Assembly: GCA_902385225.1 (NCBI GenBank)
Contig: CABMEU010000016.1
Location: 1-55,574, forward strand
Length of the DNA: 55,574 nt
Source: an uncultured archaeon
GTDB lineage: Archaea > Iainarchaeota > Iainarchaeia > Iainarchaeales > JAAZKV01
Direction: 5' to 3'
Under the pieces are notes generated by a model that had not been told where the DNA came from, ran no database searches, and saw only the letters and a list, made by a program, of their open reading frames with translations. The first letter of the stretch is position 1; every line of letters begins with the position of its first letter. Of this stretch, positions 28,355-36,727 are shown one piece after another. The translations under genes were made by a program, and so were the position numbers.

Positions 28355-29389
28355 TTACTTCTTTCTAAACAATTTTTTTCTTATCTTTGGAAATTTTGTC
28401 CTAATTTTTCGCAGTTTTACCCTCTTAGTTATTCTTTTTATTGTTTTTATTCTTTTGCCTAAGCTGATTTTCCGTCCGATTTTGGTCTTAAGTCCCTTTT
28501 TGCTTCCCCTCGCGATGCTTTTTTTGGTCAAATAACCAATTCCTCCGAGTATTTCTTTTCTCCCAATTATATCTACCGGGTTTTTAGAGTAAATGTTTGG
28601 TCCTGCCCAGAGAGTTTCTTTATTCTTCAGCATTGAAATAAATTCTTTTTCATTCTTTGGCATTTGTTTAAATTCAATCACTCCGCTCCCAATTGCTTTT
28701 GGGTAGTGCGCGTCGCTTCCTGCGGTAATGAATGAGGCGTTTTTTGAGAAAATTATTGGCTTCTGAATTCTTCCGACCGCGTTCTTTGCGATTTTATCCA
28801 TTTTTGTTTTTGCTTTTACCCCTCCCCTGTCGATATGCAGTGCTTTGCTTAACTTATTTTTCTCAAAGAATGACATTATGGAGTATGCTCTTTTCAGCGC
28901 TTTTCCGCCGAAAACTAGGTAGCTTGCGCTTCCAAGCATTCCATTATAATACTCAGTTCCCAGCTTGTATCTTTTTATCAGCGCTTTTGCTTTCTTCTCC
29001 CCAATTACTTCGCACACCGAATCGTGCTTGTATCCGTATGGGTGGGCAAAGCTCGCGGTGAGTTTTAGTTCCTTAACTTTTTTGAGTGCCTTCTCTACAG
29101 GAATATCTTTCTTCAAGAACTCTTCAACATCATAAATGCTTTCATTTTCTCCATAAACAAGCAAATCCCCTGCGCTTGTGCGTACCTCAATTCCGGGTAT
29201 GAGAAGAATTCCTTTGGGCTTTGCTGCTTTTAATCGTAAATATGCATCAAGCGGGTCATACTGGGGGTGTTCGGTGATTGCCACAACGCGGAGTTTTCTT
29301 TTTCTTGCCCCCTCCCACCAATCCCTTGGCTCAATTTTCTTCTCATTTAAGTGCGTATGCAAATCAGCAAGTATGTTCTTTTTGCCCAT
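28355..29389 (-). CDS. PHP domain metal-dependent phosphoesterase
   Basis: DLHTH, ITEH, GIEV, AHPY, GSDAH. Confidence 0.88.
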   Translation of the reverse strand: MGKKNILADLHTHLNEKKIEPRDWWEGARKRKLRVVAITEHPQYDPLDAYLRLKAAKPKGILLIPGIEVRTSAGDLLVYGENESIYDVEEFLKKDIPVEKALKKVKELKLTASFAHPYGYKHDSVCEVIGEKKAKALIKRYKLGTEYYNGMLGSASYLVFGGKALKRAYSIMSFFEKNKLSKALHIDRGGVKAKTKMDKIAKNAVGRIQKPIIFSKNASFITAGSDAHYPKAIGSGVIEFKQMPKNEKEFISMLKNKETLWAGPNIYSKNPVDIIGRKEILGGIGYLTKKSIARGSKKGLKTKIGRKISLGKRIKTIKRITKRVKLRKIRTKFPKIRKKLFRKK

Positions 29390-29498
29390 GTGTAACTTGG
29401 GGCTTAACTACTTTAAAACCCTTTTCAGATTGCGTTAGTTTTAGTCCAATAAGCCGTTTTATTAATTTTTTGCAGGGTGTTTTACTTAGGTGATTTGT

Positions 29499-30773
29499 TT
29501 GATAGACCCAAAGGTTATTCGAGAGAACTATGCGCTAGTAAAGAAGAATTTGGAGATGCGCAGGGACTCGTCAATTATTAAGAAACTTGATAACTGGGTC
29601 AGTCAGGACAAGGAGTGGCGCATCTTAAAGCAGGAAGTGGATGATTTGCGCGCTAAAAGAAATACTATTACTGAAGAGATTAAGGTTGCAAAAGCCAAGG
29701 GCAAAGACATGAAGCCTCTGCTTGAGAAAGCAAAATCTCTTCCTAATGAAATAAAAAAGAAGGAAGTGCGATTAAAGGAACTTGAGCTTGAGAACAGACC
29801 TCTTTTGATGAGCATTCCAAATATGCTTCTTGATGATGTTCCTTATGGAAAGGATGGAACAGAGAATGTGGTTGTAAGAAAGGGCGGAGAAATTTCGAAG
29901 AAAGATTTTGAAGTTGTGCATCATGGCCAAGTTGCATCAAAGCTTGGGGTTGCTGACTTTGAGCGCGCGGTAAAGATTTCCGGAGAAGGATTTTACTCTC
30001 TAAAAGGGGATCTTGCGCTTCTAAATTTGGCGCTTGTGAATTTCGCGGTTGATTTGCTGGGAAAAAAAGGATTTAGGCTTGTAATTCCTCCGGCAATGAT
30101 GACCAAAAAAGCATATGAAGGGGTTACTGACCTTAGTGATTTTGAAAGCGTAATGTACAAAATCGAGGGTGAGGATCACTACATGATTGCTACTGCAGAG
30201 CATCCGCTTACCGCAATGCACATGGACGAGACTTTTGAAGAAAAAGATCTTCCGCTGCTTTATGTCGGCTATTCAACTAATTTTAGAAAGGAATCCGGAA
30301 GGCATGGGCTTGAAGAGAGAGGGCTTTTTAGACTTCATCAGTTTGATAAAGTGGAGCAGATTGTTTTCTGTAAAACTGAGGACAGCTCTAAGTGGCACGA
30401 GGAGCTCGTAAAGAACGCAGAGGAATTTGTTAAAGCAATGGAATTACCATACAGGGTAATTAAGATTTGCACTGGGGACATAGGGACAGTTGCCGCAAAG
30501 AAGTATGATATTGAGTGCTGGTCTCCAAGAGAGCAGAGTTATTTTGAAACTCACTCTTTGAGTAATTGCACATCCTATCAGGCTTCCCGCTTGAATATTA
30601 AATATAGAAAAGGCAGCGAGAAGGAATTTGTTCATACCCTTAACGCTACTGAGGTTGCGATTCCAAGAATGCTGCGCGCAATTATTGAGAATCACCAGAC
30701 CAAACAGGGCACAATAAAGATTCCAAAGGCGCTTGTGCCTTATATGAATGGTAAAACAGAGATTAAAGCATAA
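29499..30773 (+). CDS. serS: Seryl-tRNA synthetase
   Basis: N-terminal coiled coil, ATAEHP, FRKE..GLFRLHQFDKVEQ, HTLN; TTG start after AGGTGA (GTG at 29490 is an alternative). Confidence 0.96.
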   Translation: MIDPKVIRENYALVKKNLEMRRDSSIIKKLDNWVSQDKEWRILKQEVDDLRAKRNTITEEIKVAKAKGKDMKPLLEKAKSLPNEIKKKEVRLKELELENRPLLMSIPNMLLDDVPYGKDGTENVVVRKGGEISKKDFEVVHHGQVASKLGVADFERAVKISGEGFYSLKGDLALLNLALVNFAVDLLGKKGFRLVIPPAMMTKKAYEGVTDLSDFESVMYKIEGEDHYMIATAEHPLTAMHMDETFEEKDLPLLYVGYSTNFRKESGRHGLEERGLFRLHQFDKVEQIVFCKTEDSSKWHEELVKNAEEFVKAMELPYRVIKICTGDIGTVAAKKYDIECWSPREQSYFETHSLSNCTSYQASRLNIKYRKGSEKEFVHTLNATEVAIPRMLRAIIENHQTKQGTIKIPKALVPYMNGKTEIKA

Positions 30774-30824
30774 TTTGCTTTAATCTTTTTTATTTTTCTA
30801 ATTTTTATTTCTCCGCGGTTCAAT

Positions 30825-31388
30825 TTATTCGTGGCTTAATTGCTGCTGCACGCTCGCATTAGTAAAGTCAAACTCTATTTTTGGTTTGATGATGAATTTG
30901 CATCTCTCATTGCTCAATGCTCCGCACTCAACTTCAACGCAGTCAATTTCTTCCTTAAATATTGCGGAAAATAGACCGGCGAGTGTTCCGCGCATTATTG
31001 TGTCTGCGGGAAGTGTGGTTTTTCCTTTTAATGCCTGCGCGAAAGGCGAATTATCAATGACAATTATTGCTCTTTTTGCTTCTGTTTGCATATCAATTAC
31101 CTGTATTGCTCCCCACCCGGAGAAAGCAAAGAATTCTTCTATTAGTTTTGTCTCTTTTTCCTTTTCCATTCCAAGGTTGATGTTGAACTGCGGAAGCAGT
31201 CCCTGCATGGTGCTTTTTTTCACTGCCAAATAAAGTTTTTTTTGAAACTCAGCATCCTGTACTGATGAGATTCCTGTCAGGGTTTCAATTGGGGAAATGA
31301 GGAATGGGATATTTGTGAGGTAAAAATTACTGTGAGTAAATTTTAGTGTTCCGGTGAAAATGAACTTATCATAAAAGTTGTTCAGCAC
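30825..31388 (-). CDS. V4R (4-vinyl reductase) domain protein
   Basis: SGWG, NSPFA, RGTLAG, EVECGAL.NERCKF. Confidence 0.85.
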   Translation of the reverse strand: MLNNFYDKFIFTGTLKFTHSNFYLTNIPFLISPIETLTGISSVQDAEFQKKLYLAVKKSTMQGLLPQFNINLGMEKEKETKLIEEFFAFSGWGAIQVIDMQTEAKRAIIVIDNSPFAQALKGKTTLPADTIMRGTLAGLFSAIFKEEIDCVEVECGALSNERCKFIIKPKIEFDFTNASVQQQLSHE

Positions 31389-31802
31389 TTAGCTCACCCC
31401 TTTTATTGTTGCAGTTTCTTCGCGTCCCAATGCCCCGTTTTCTTTTTCCTGCGCTTTTTCTCTTTCATAGTGGTCATTTATTGCGGTTAAGTGCTCGGGC
31501 TCGTGGTGTTTTAGTATTGCGTGTATGGTTCGGTATTTTTCAACCATTAGTGGCCAGACAATTGTCCCATTTCCTGCTTTTTTTGATACAAGGAGCTTCT
31601 TTTCAACAAGTTTTCTTACATAGTATGAGTATTTTGTGCTTGCGCGTTTCTTTTTTTCTCTATCAGATACATCTTCATTAAATTGCTCTGCTATCTCAAG
31701 GGGCGTGCTTGGCCAAGTATCAAGCACGAAGAGGTAAATCTTCTTCTCAATCTCTCCCAAATGAAGTAATTCTGGCAATGCAGGTTTTGAAGCCTTTTTC
31801 AT
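31389..31802 (-). CDS. Winged-helix transcriptional regulator
   Basis: IYLFVLDTWPSTPLEIA...YYVRKLVEKKLL; abuts the V4R gene. Confidence 0.7.
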   Translation of the reverse strand: MKKASKPALPELLHLGEIEKKIYLFVLDTWPSTPLEIAEQFNEDVSDREKKKRASTKYSYYVRKLVEKKLLVSKKAGNGTIVWPLMVEKYRTIHAILKHHEPEHLTAINDHYEREKAQEKENGALGREETATIKGVS

Positions 31803-31909
31803 GCCATTAGTGTGTGATTTAGAGTATTTAAAATAAATTGTTCTGGCTTGCCAGAGTTAGTTGTATTTAGAAACACCTATCAGTTGGGTAAGATTAAGAT
31901 TATGGACAA

Positions 31910-32368
31910 TTAAATGTTCCTTTCCGCCCAAACGAATACTTTTGTTTCCTTAAATCCCTTCTCTTTCCAGAATTTGCGTGTGCTTTTGTGGTGGATTTCT
32001 TCAAGTATTTGCACGTAATGTACTTTTCTCTTTTTTAGTTCCTTATAGAGTGCGCAAGTTAAGTGCGTTCCTATTCCGTGCTTTCTATATTCCTCTTTTA
32101 CCGCTAAATTATCAAGCATCGCCCACCCTGGTCTGCTCCAGTCAATTATTTTCGCGTAAACAAACCCGACAATGCGCCCGTTTGCCTCAGCAACAAAGAA
32201 AACATTGTCTTTTTTTGGCGCGGCAAATTCCTTTAGCTCCGCTTTTTGGTGGAATTTGTATTTTCCAGAGAAACCAAGTTCTTTCATTTCTACTCCTATT
32301 TTGTAAACCGCATTAACGTCTGAGAGTTTTGCTTTTCTTATTTTTATTTTCAATTTCTTCTCAGTCAT
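31910..32368 (-). CDS. GNAT N-acetyltransferase
   Basis: LAVKEEYRKHGIG, FWKEKGF. Confidence 0.9.
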   Translation of the reverse strand: MTEKKLKIKIRKAKLSDVNAVYKIGVEMKELGFSGKYKFHQKAELKEFAAPKKDNVFFVAEANGRIVGFVYAKIIDWSRPGWAMLDNLAVKEEYRKHGIGTHLTCALYKELKKRKVHYVQILEEIHHKSTRKFWKEKGFKETKVFVWAERNI

Positions 32369-32387
32369 TTTAATCACATGCGCTAGT

Positions 32388-32900
32388 TTACTCTAAAACT
32401 TTCCAGTATAAATCCCTATCTGTGTATTTTCCCCTGTCAAAGTAGTAGTCCTTCACAGTTCCCAAAAGAACAAATCCGTTTTTCTCAAGAACCTTTCTGC
32501 TCGCTTCATTGTTTGGGTCCGCGGTTGCCTCAAGAGTGTGCAGTTTCAAATTATTCTTCGCATACTTCACTCCGAGAGCGCAGATTTTTGTTCCTAGTCC
32601 CTTTCCCCATTCTTCATTCATAATTCCATATCCTATAGAAGCCCTTTTGTCCTTTGAATTTATTTTGTAAATATCAAGCACACCGATTTTTTTCTTTCCA
32701 AGTAAAACAATAAAGAAAAATCCTTTTCCTTTTTTTGCATCGCGTTCGGATTCCCTTATTTTTATTTTTGCTTCCTCAACGCTTTTGTGCAGTAATCTCT
32801 CAAGGTAGTGCTTTTGATATTCCTTATTCAGCATCATTTTGCAAATGAATTCTGCATCCTCTTCAGCAGCAGTTTGAAGGGAAAGTTTCTTCTCAGCCAT
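32388..32900 (-). CDS. GNAT acetyltransferase, RimJ/RimL family
   Basis: IGYGI...WGKGLG, NEASRKVLEKNGF. Confidence 0.9.
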   Translation of the reverse strand: MAEKKLSLQTAAEEDAEFICKMMLNKEYQKHYLERLLHKSVEEAKIKIRESERDAKKGKGFFFIVLLGKKKIGVLDIYKINSKDKRASIGYGIMNEEWGKGLGTKICALGVKYAKNNLKLHTLEATADPNNEASRKVLEKNGFVLLGTVKDYYFDRGKYTDRDLYWKVLE

Positions 32901-32954
32901 ATTAGAATTAGTGTTAAAATGGTTTTTTATTTCCAAGCAGTCAGAAAAATCGAC

Positions 32955-33614
32955 TCATTTCAGCACAATTACTTCATTTTCTTCAATATGCGGTGGGTTT
33001 ATTGGAGCTGGCGGCCTGAGGGGCTTTTCTCTTGAGCTTGGAATTGGAACCGCAACTCCTGCGCAAGTTAAGGTGATTTTCTCAAGCGCGGAATATAGTC
33101 CGTCTTGTGTGAGAGGGGTTCTTATCGGCTGAACTTCTTCAATAGAATAGAATTCCTCAAGCCTTACAGCGTATGCTGAATAAGTGTGCCTCTTCTCAAG
33201 TAACCTTCTTTGTACAAGGCACCAGTTCTTCTTCACAAATTGCGCAAGTTTTGCTGTTTCAAAAACTTCCGTTTCCCACTTTGAATTAATTATCATTGTC
33301 CACTCGGAATTATTCATTAATTCTCTGTTTTGTATTCGCACTTTAATTGTATTTTCCCCTAATGCCCCAAAAGAAAATTTTTGGTCAATTGTTGTGCCGT
33401 TATATAAATAATCCACTCCAAAGTGGGGATCCTCAATTGGTTTCATTTCTTTTGGGCGCATCCTTGTAAGCATCGCTCGTATAACATTCTGCTCCGCGCA
33501 CGCCGGTTCAATGCGCTGGAATTTTTTTCTAAAAGAAGCTTTTCGGCATTTTTTTGCGCGGGAAATATCAAGTAAGAGTTCAGGCAAAAAGGCATTTCTT
33601 GTTGCTTCGAACAT
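32955..33614 (-). CDS. Hypothetical protein, possible PD-(D/E)xK nuclease fold
   Basis: E...FGVDY...TIDQK arrangement. Confidence 0.5.
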   Translation of the reverse strand: MFEATRNAFLPELLLDISRAKKCRKASFRKKFQRIEPACAEQNVIRAMLTRMRPKEMKPIEDPHFGVDYLYNGTTIDQKFSFGALGENTIKVRIQNRELMNNSEWTMIINSKWETEVFETAKLAQFVKKNWCLVQRRLLEKRHTYSAYAVRLEEFYSIEEVQPIRTPLTQDGLYSALEKITLTCAGVAVPIPSSREKPLRPPAPINPPHIEENEVIVLK

Positions 33615-33638
33615 TGCCCTATTATTGTCCTTACTTAT

Positions 33639-33881
33639 TTATATTGTTTTCCTTCGCCGAAGAGCCTCTTCAGTTCTTTTGTCTCTTGCTATTCTGCGCG
33701 CACTAATTTCACTGAGCATGTATTGTGGCAAATGCAAATGAAGCTTATTTGCAGGGGGATTATTTGTTCCGTTTCCGCCGTGTTTTATTCCAGAACGCAC
33801 AAGCATATTTGTTACCGCGCCAGAAGGGAGTTGTCTCATGAAGCTTGGAAGGGGAGGAGCATTTTTCTTTTTTGCAGGCAT
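33639..33881 (-). CDS. Small basic hypothetical protein
   Basis: MPAKKKNAPP...RRRKTI; directly downstream of trpS. Confidence 0.45.
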   Translation of the reverse strand: MPAKKKNAPPLPSFMRQLPSGAVTNMLVRSGIKHGGNGTNNPPANKLHLHLPQYMLSEISARRIARDKRTEEALRRRKTI

Positions 33882-33886
33882 GCTGT

Positions 33887-35005
33887 TCACTCCACGAACT
33901 TTATTTTCCCGATATTCTTTTTCGCTTTCTCAAAGTTTTTATTAAATTCCTCGTAGAACTGCTTTGCGTAGGTAAAAGCGTATTTTGCTTTGCATTCTCC
34001 GCACAAGTTTTTGCCGGTTACGCATTCCTCATACATTTTTGCGAGCACCTTGTCATCTTTTATGAAGTGGTCTTTGCAGTACTCATAAACCATGCATTTT
34101 TCAATTTCTCCGCCTTTTGCGTGCTGTTCTTCTCTTGTTGCTCTTCCGCCTGTGAGCGCTTTGTTTATTTTTTTCTCAACAATTTTCAAATCCTTCTCAG
34201 GTATCTCAAGTTTTATGAGTTCTGAATCGCTTTTGCTCATTTTAAATGAACCATTTAGGGCGGGAGTGTATTTGTTATAAACCGCTGAAGGCAAAAAGAA
34301 TCCGTACTCAGTCTTTAATCTGCGTGAAACATCCCTCACCATTCTAATATGCGGCGCCTGGTCAATTCCAACCGGTATTACTCCAGGCATTCGTTCAGAA
34401 AGCTGCGGGAATAATATGTCCCCCATTTGCGTGAACGCCGCCATTACTTTTGCCGGGTGCACTGAGCCATAAATTGCACGGAATTCATTTTCAGTAATCT
34501 TCTGTGAGCATATTGCCGCGAGGTTTGAGACTTTCTTGTTCTCGCTTTGCAGATAAAAATTTGTTTTGTTAATATCAAGTCCAAGCGCAATGTATGCGGG
34601 TATGTGGAACTCAAGCGCTCTTTTCTTTCCTTCCTCAAGTGACACTCCGCGTGTTGCCTGTGATTCTACATCCGCAATCAGAACGTAGGTTTTTGCGCCG
34701 TGCTCCTGGAAATACCTCACGTTTTGTATTACCGTTTCCGTTCCTAGGTGTATCTTTTCGCTTGACGGCATGATTCCTGTGAGGCAGTAAAAGGGTTTTT
34801 TGCTTTTTATCGCGTTAGCGATTTGTTCCCCGTCCTGCATTCCAAAATTCACTCCTCTTCTCATTTGGAGGTTTGGTTCAGGAAAGATATTGTTGTCAAA
34901 GCTCTGCATCCCAAATTCTTTTATGAGCCTAGCATAGTCATGCACAAGCGCATTTCCCCAAGGGTCAATAATCACTTTTTGTTCTTCAGTCATGTTCTCA
35001 CTCAT
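33887..35005 (-). CDS. trpS: Tryptophanyl-tRNA synthetase
   Basis: TGIMPS..HLG, VGIDQAPH, KMSKS, ALTGG, CGECK; start could be 35035. Confidence 0.95.
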   Translation of the reverse strand: MSENMTEEQKVIIDPWGNALVHDYARLIKEFGMQSFDNNIFPEPNLQMRRGVNFGMQDGEQIANAIKSKKPFYCLTGIMPSSEKIHLGTETVIQNVRYFQEHGAKTYVLIADVESQATRGVSLEEGKKRALEFHIPAYIALGLDINKTNFYLQSENKKVSNLAAICSQKITENEFRAIYGSVHPAKVMAAFTQMGDILFPQLSERMPGVIPVGIDQAPHIRMVRDVSRRLKTEYGFFLPSAVYNKYTPALNGSFKMSKSDSELIKLEIPEKDLKIVEKKINKALTGGRATREEQHAKGGEIEKCMVYEYCKDHFIKDDKVLAKMYEECVTGKNLCGECKAKYAFTYAKQFYEEFNKNFEKAKKNIGKIKFVE

Positions 35006-35073
35006 TTGCAGTTCTTTCTCTTTCACATAAACCAACTCCTTTTCTCTTTTTAATTGTTCTTGGAAGGGGTGGC

Positions 35074-36357
35074 TTATACAAGCCCCAGCCCCTTTTCGTA
35101 TGAACTTAAGTCAAGCAATCCGTGTCCTGAGAGATTGAAGACTATTGTTTTGTTTTTGTATCTCTTTGCCGCCTCAATTGCGGATTTTATCGCGTGGCTT
35201 GATTCGGGCGCGGGTATTATTGATTCTGTTTTTGCGAATAATTGCGCCGCTTCGAAGCACTCCGCCTGCGAGTATGATTCCGCTTTCACTAGCCCATGAT
35301 TAGCGAGTAGTGATATTATTGGTGCCATTCCGTGGTATCTCAAACCCCCCGCATATATTGGTTCTGGAACAAAATCCGCCCCCAAGGTATGCATCTTGAG
35401 TTTTGGTGTTTGTTTTCCTGTGTCGCCATAGTCGTGCCTATATTCTCCTTTTGTTATGCTTGGCACTTCTTTTGGCTCTACTCCAATTAACTCAATTTCT
35501 TTTCCAGCGAGTTTGTCAGCAACAAATGGAAGCGCGATTCCTCCGAAGTTGCTTCCTCCTCCAACGCACCCGATTATTACATCTGCACTCTCTCCGGCTT
35601 TCTCAAGCTGTTTTTTCACTTCCTGCCCGATTACGGTTTGGTGCAACAGCACATGGTTTAGTACGCTTCCAAGACTATACACGGTGTCCTCGCGTTCTTT
35701 TGCAACCTCAATTGCTTCGGCTATCGCCATTCCAAGACTCCCGCTTGTATTTGGAAATTTCTTTTGCATTTCTCTCCCGATTTTTGTTTCATTGCTCGGA
35801 CTTGGAGAGATTTTTGCTCCGTACATTTTCATAACCACTTTTCGCAAAGGTTTTTGCTCGTACGAACACTTCACCATGTATACTTTGAGGTTTAATCCAA
35901 AGTGATTGCATGCGAGTGCGAGAGCGCTCCCCCACTGCCCCGCGCCCGTTTCGGTTACAACATTTTTGTATCCCTCTTTTGCAATGTAATATGCTTGGGC
36001 AAAAGCGGTGTTTTGTTTGTGGCTTCCAACGGTGTTTGTATCCTCGCGCTTAAAATAAATTTTGCACGAGGTTCCGATTGCTTTCTCTAGTTTTCTTGCG
36101 CGCTGAAGCGGAGTGGGTCTTCCGTTTAGTGCATAAAGTTCTCTTACCTCTTCAGGTATTGGAATATATTTTTCCGTGCTCATTTCCTGTCCCAATATTG
36201 CTTTTGGGAATATTTGCGGCAAGACTTCCAAGTTCTCCTGCGGCGCTTCTAGTTGGAATGGAAGGTCCGCGAGCACGTTATAGAAGTGCGTTGGTATTTC
36301 GCTCTTCGATAGCATTATCACATCTTTCCCGTAATCCTTTCCTTTTTCTTCTTTCAT
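35074..36357 (-). CDS. trpB2: Tryptophan synthase beta chain TrpB2
   Basis: GSHK PLP lysine, TETGAGQWG, GSVLNHV, GGGSNF, GGLRYHG, APESSHA, NLSGHG. Confidence 0.95.
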   Translation of the reverse strand: MKEEKGKDYGKDVIMLSKSEIPTHFYNVLADLPFQLEAPQENLEVLPQIFPKAILGQEMSTEKYIPIPEEVRELYALNGRPTPLQRARKLEKAIGTSCKIYFKREDTNTVGSHKQNTAFAQAYYIAKEGYKNVVTETGAGQWGSALALACNHFGLNLKVYMVKCSYEQKPLRKVVMKMYGAKISPSPSNETKIGREMQKKFPNTSGSLGMAIAEAIEVAKEREDTVYSLGSVLNHVLLHQTVIGQEVKKQLEKAGESADVIIGCVGGGSNFGGIALPFVADKLAGKEIELIGVEPKEVPSITKGEYRHDYGDTGKQTPKLKMHTLGADFVPEPIYAGGLRYHGMAPIISLLANHGLVKAESYSQAECFEAAQLFAKTESIIPAPESSHAIKSAIEAAKRYKNKTIVFNLSGHGLLDLSSYEKGLGLV

Positions 36358-36393
36358 TTCATCAACTCCATTGCACAAGTTATGTGCTAATCA

Positions 36394-36464
36394 TGGGGGT
36401 ACAGGGAATCGAACCCTGATTTAAAGGTCTGGAGCCTTTTGTATTACCACTATACTATACCCCC
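36394..36464 (-). tRNA. trnW: tRNA-Trp(CCA), intronless
   Basis: Cloverleaf: GGGGGTA/TACCCCC acceptor, GTAT/ATAC D stem, AAAGG-CTCCAGA-CCTTT anticodon arm, CAGGG-TTCGATT-CCCTG T arm, A73. Confidence 0.95.
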
Positions 36465-36481
36465 GTTAATTTTGGAGTTAG

Positions 36482-36640
36482 TTAGTAGCGCCACCAGACA
36501 AAGAAGTTGTTTTCTGAATTAGAATTTGAGAAGTAACTTAAGAAAAGAATTAATTGGTGAGCAAGGATTGTCCGGAAGTTAAATGAGGTGAGCCTACAAT
36601 CAGTATATTCATCGACTCCAGACAATCCTTTCCATAACAC
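36482..36640 (-). CDS. Putative trp leader peptide ending FFVWWRY (52 aa, GTG start)
   Basis: Hand translation VLWKGLSGVDEYTDCRLTSFNFRTILAHQLILFLSYFSNSNSENNFFVWWRY*; tandem TGG TGG ends about 26 nt before tRNA-Trp. Confidence 0.45.
   Translation of the reverse strand: MLWKGLSGVDEYTDCRLTSFNFRTILAHQLILFLSYFSNSNSENNFFVWWRY
36563..36630 (-). promoter_or_regulatory. Leader RNA stem-loop upstream of tRNA-Trp/trpB2/trpS
   Basis: 14-bp arms AAGGATTGTCTGGA / TCCGGACAATCCTT (one G-U) enclosing GATGA-atata-CTGA. Confidence 0.6.
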
Positions 36641-36655
36641 ATAAGCGGCTTGCGT

Positions 36656-36672
36656 CCTTTATAAAGGCTTTT
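36656..36672 (-). promoter_or_regulatory. TATA box/BRE for the trp leader transcript
   Basis: AAAAAGCCTTTATAAAGG on the minus strand; TTTATAAA at 36658-36665. Confidence 0.6.
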
Positions 36673-36727
36673 TGGGTTTAGGTGTGACAATTTGTACATG
36701 TTGTGGCTAATCAACAGGCGGGTTCTA

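Noticed and set aside
36480-36500. T-box riboswitch (GGTGGCGC on the minus strand)
   Set aside because: No stem I or specifier features and no antiterminator/terminator; tandem Trp codons explain the sequence better
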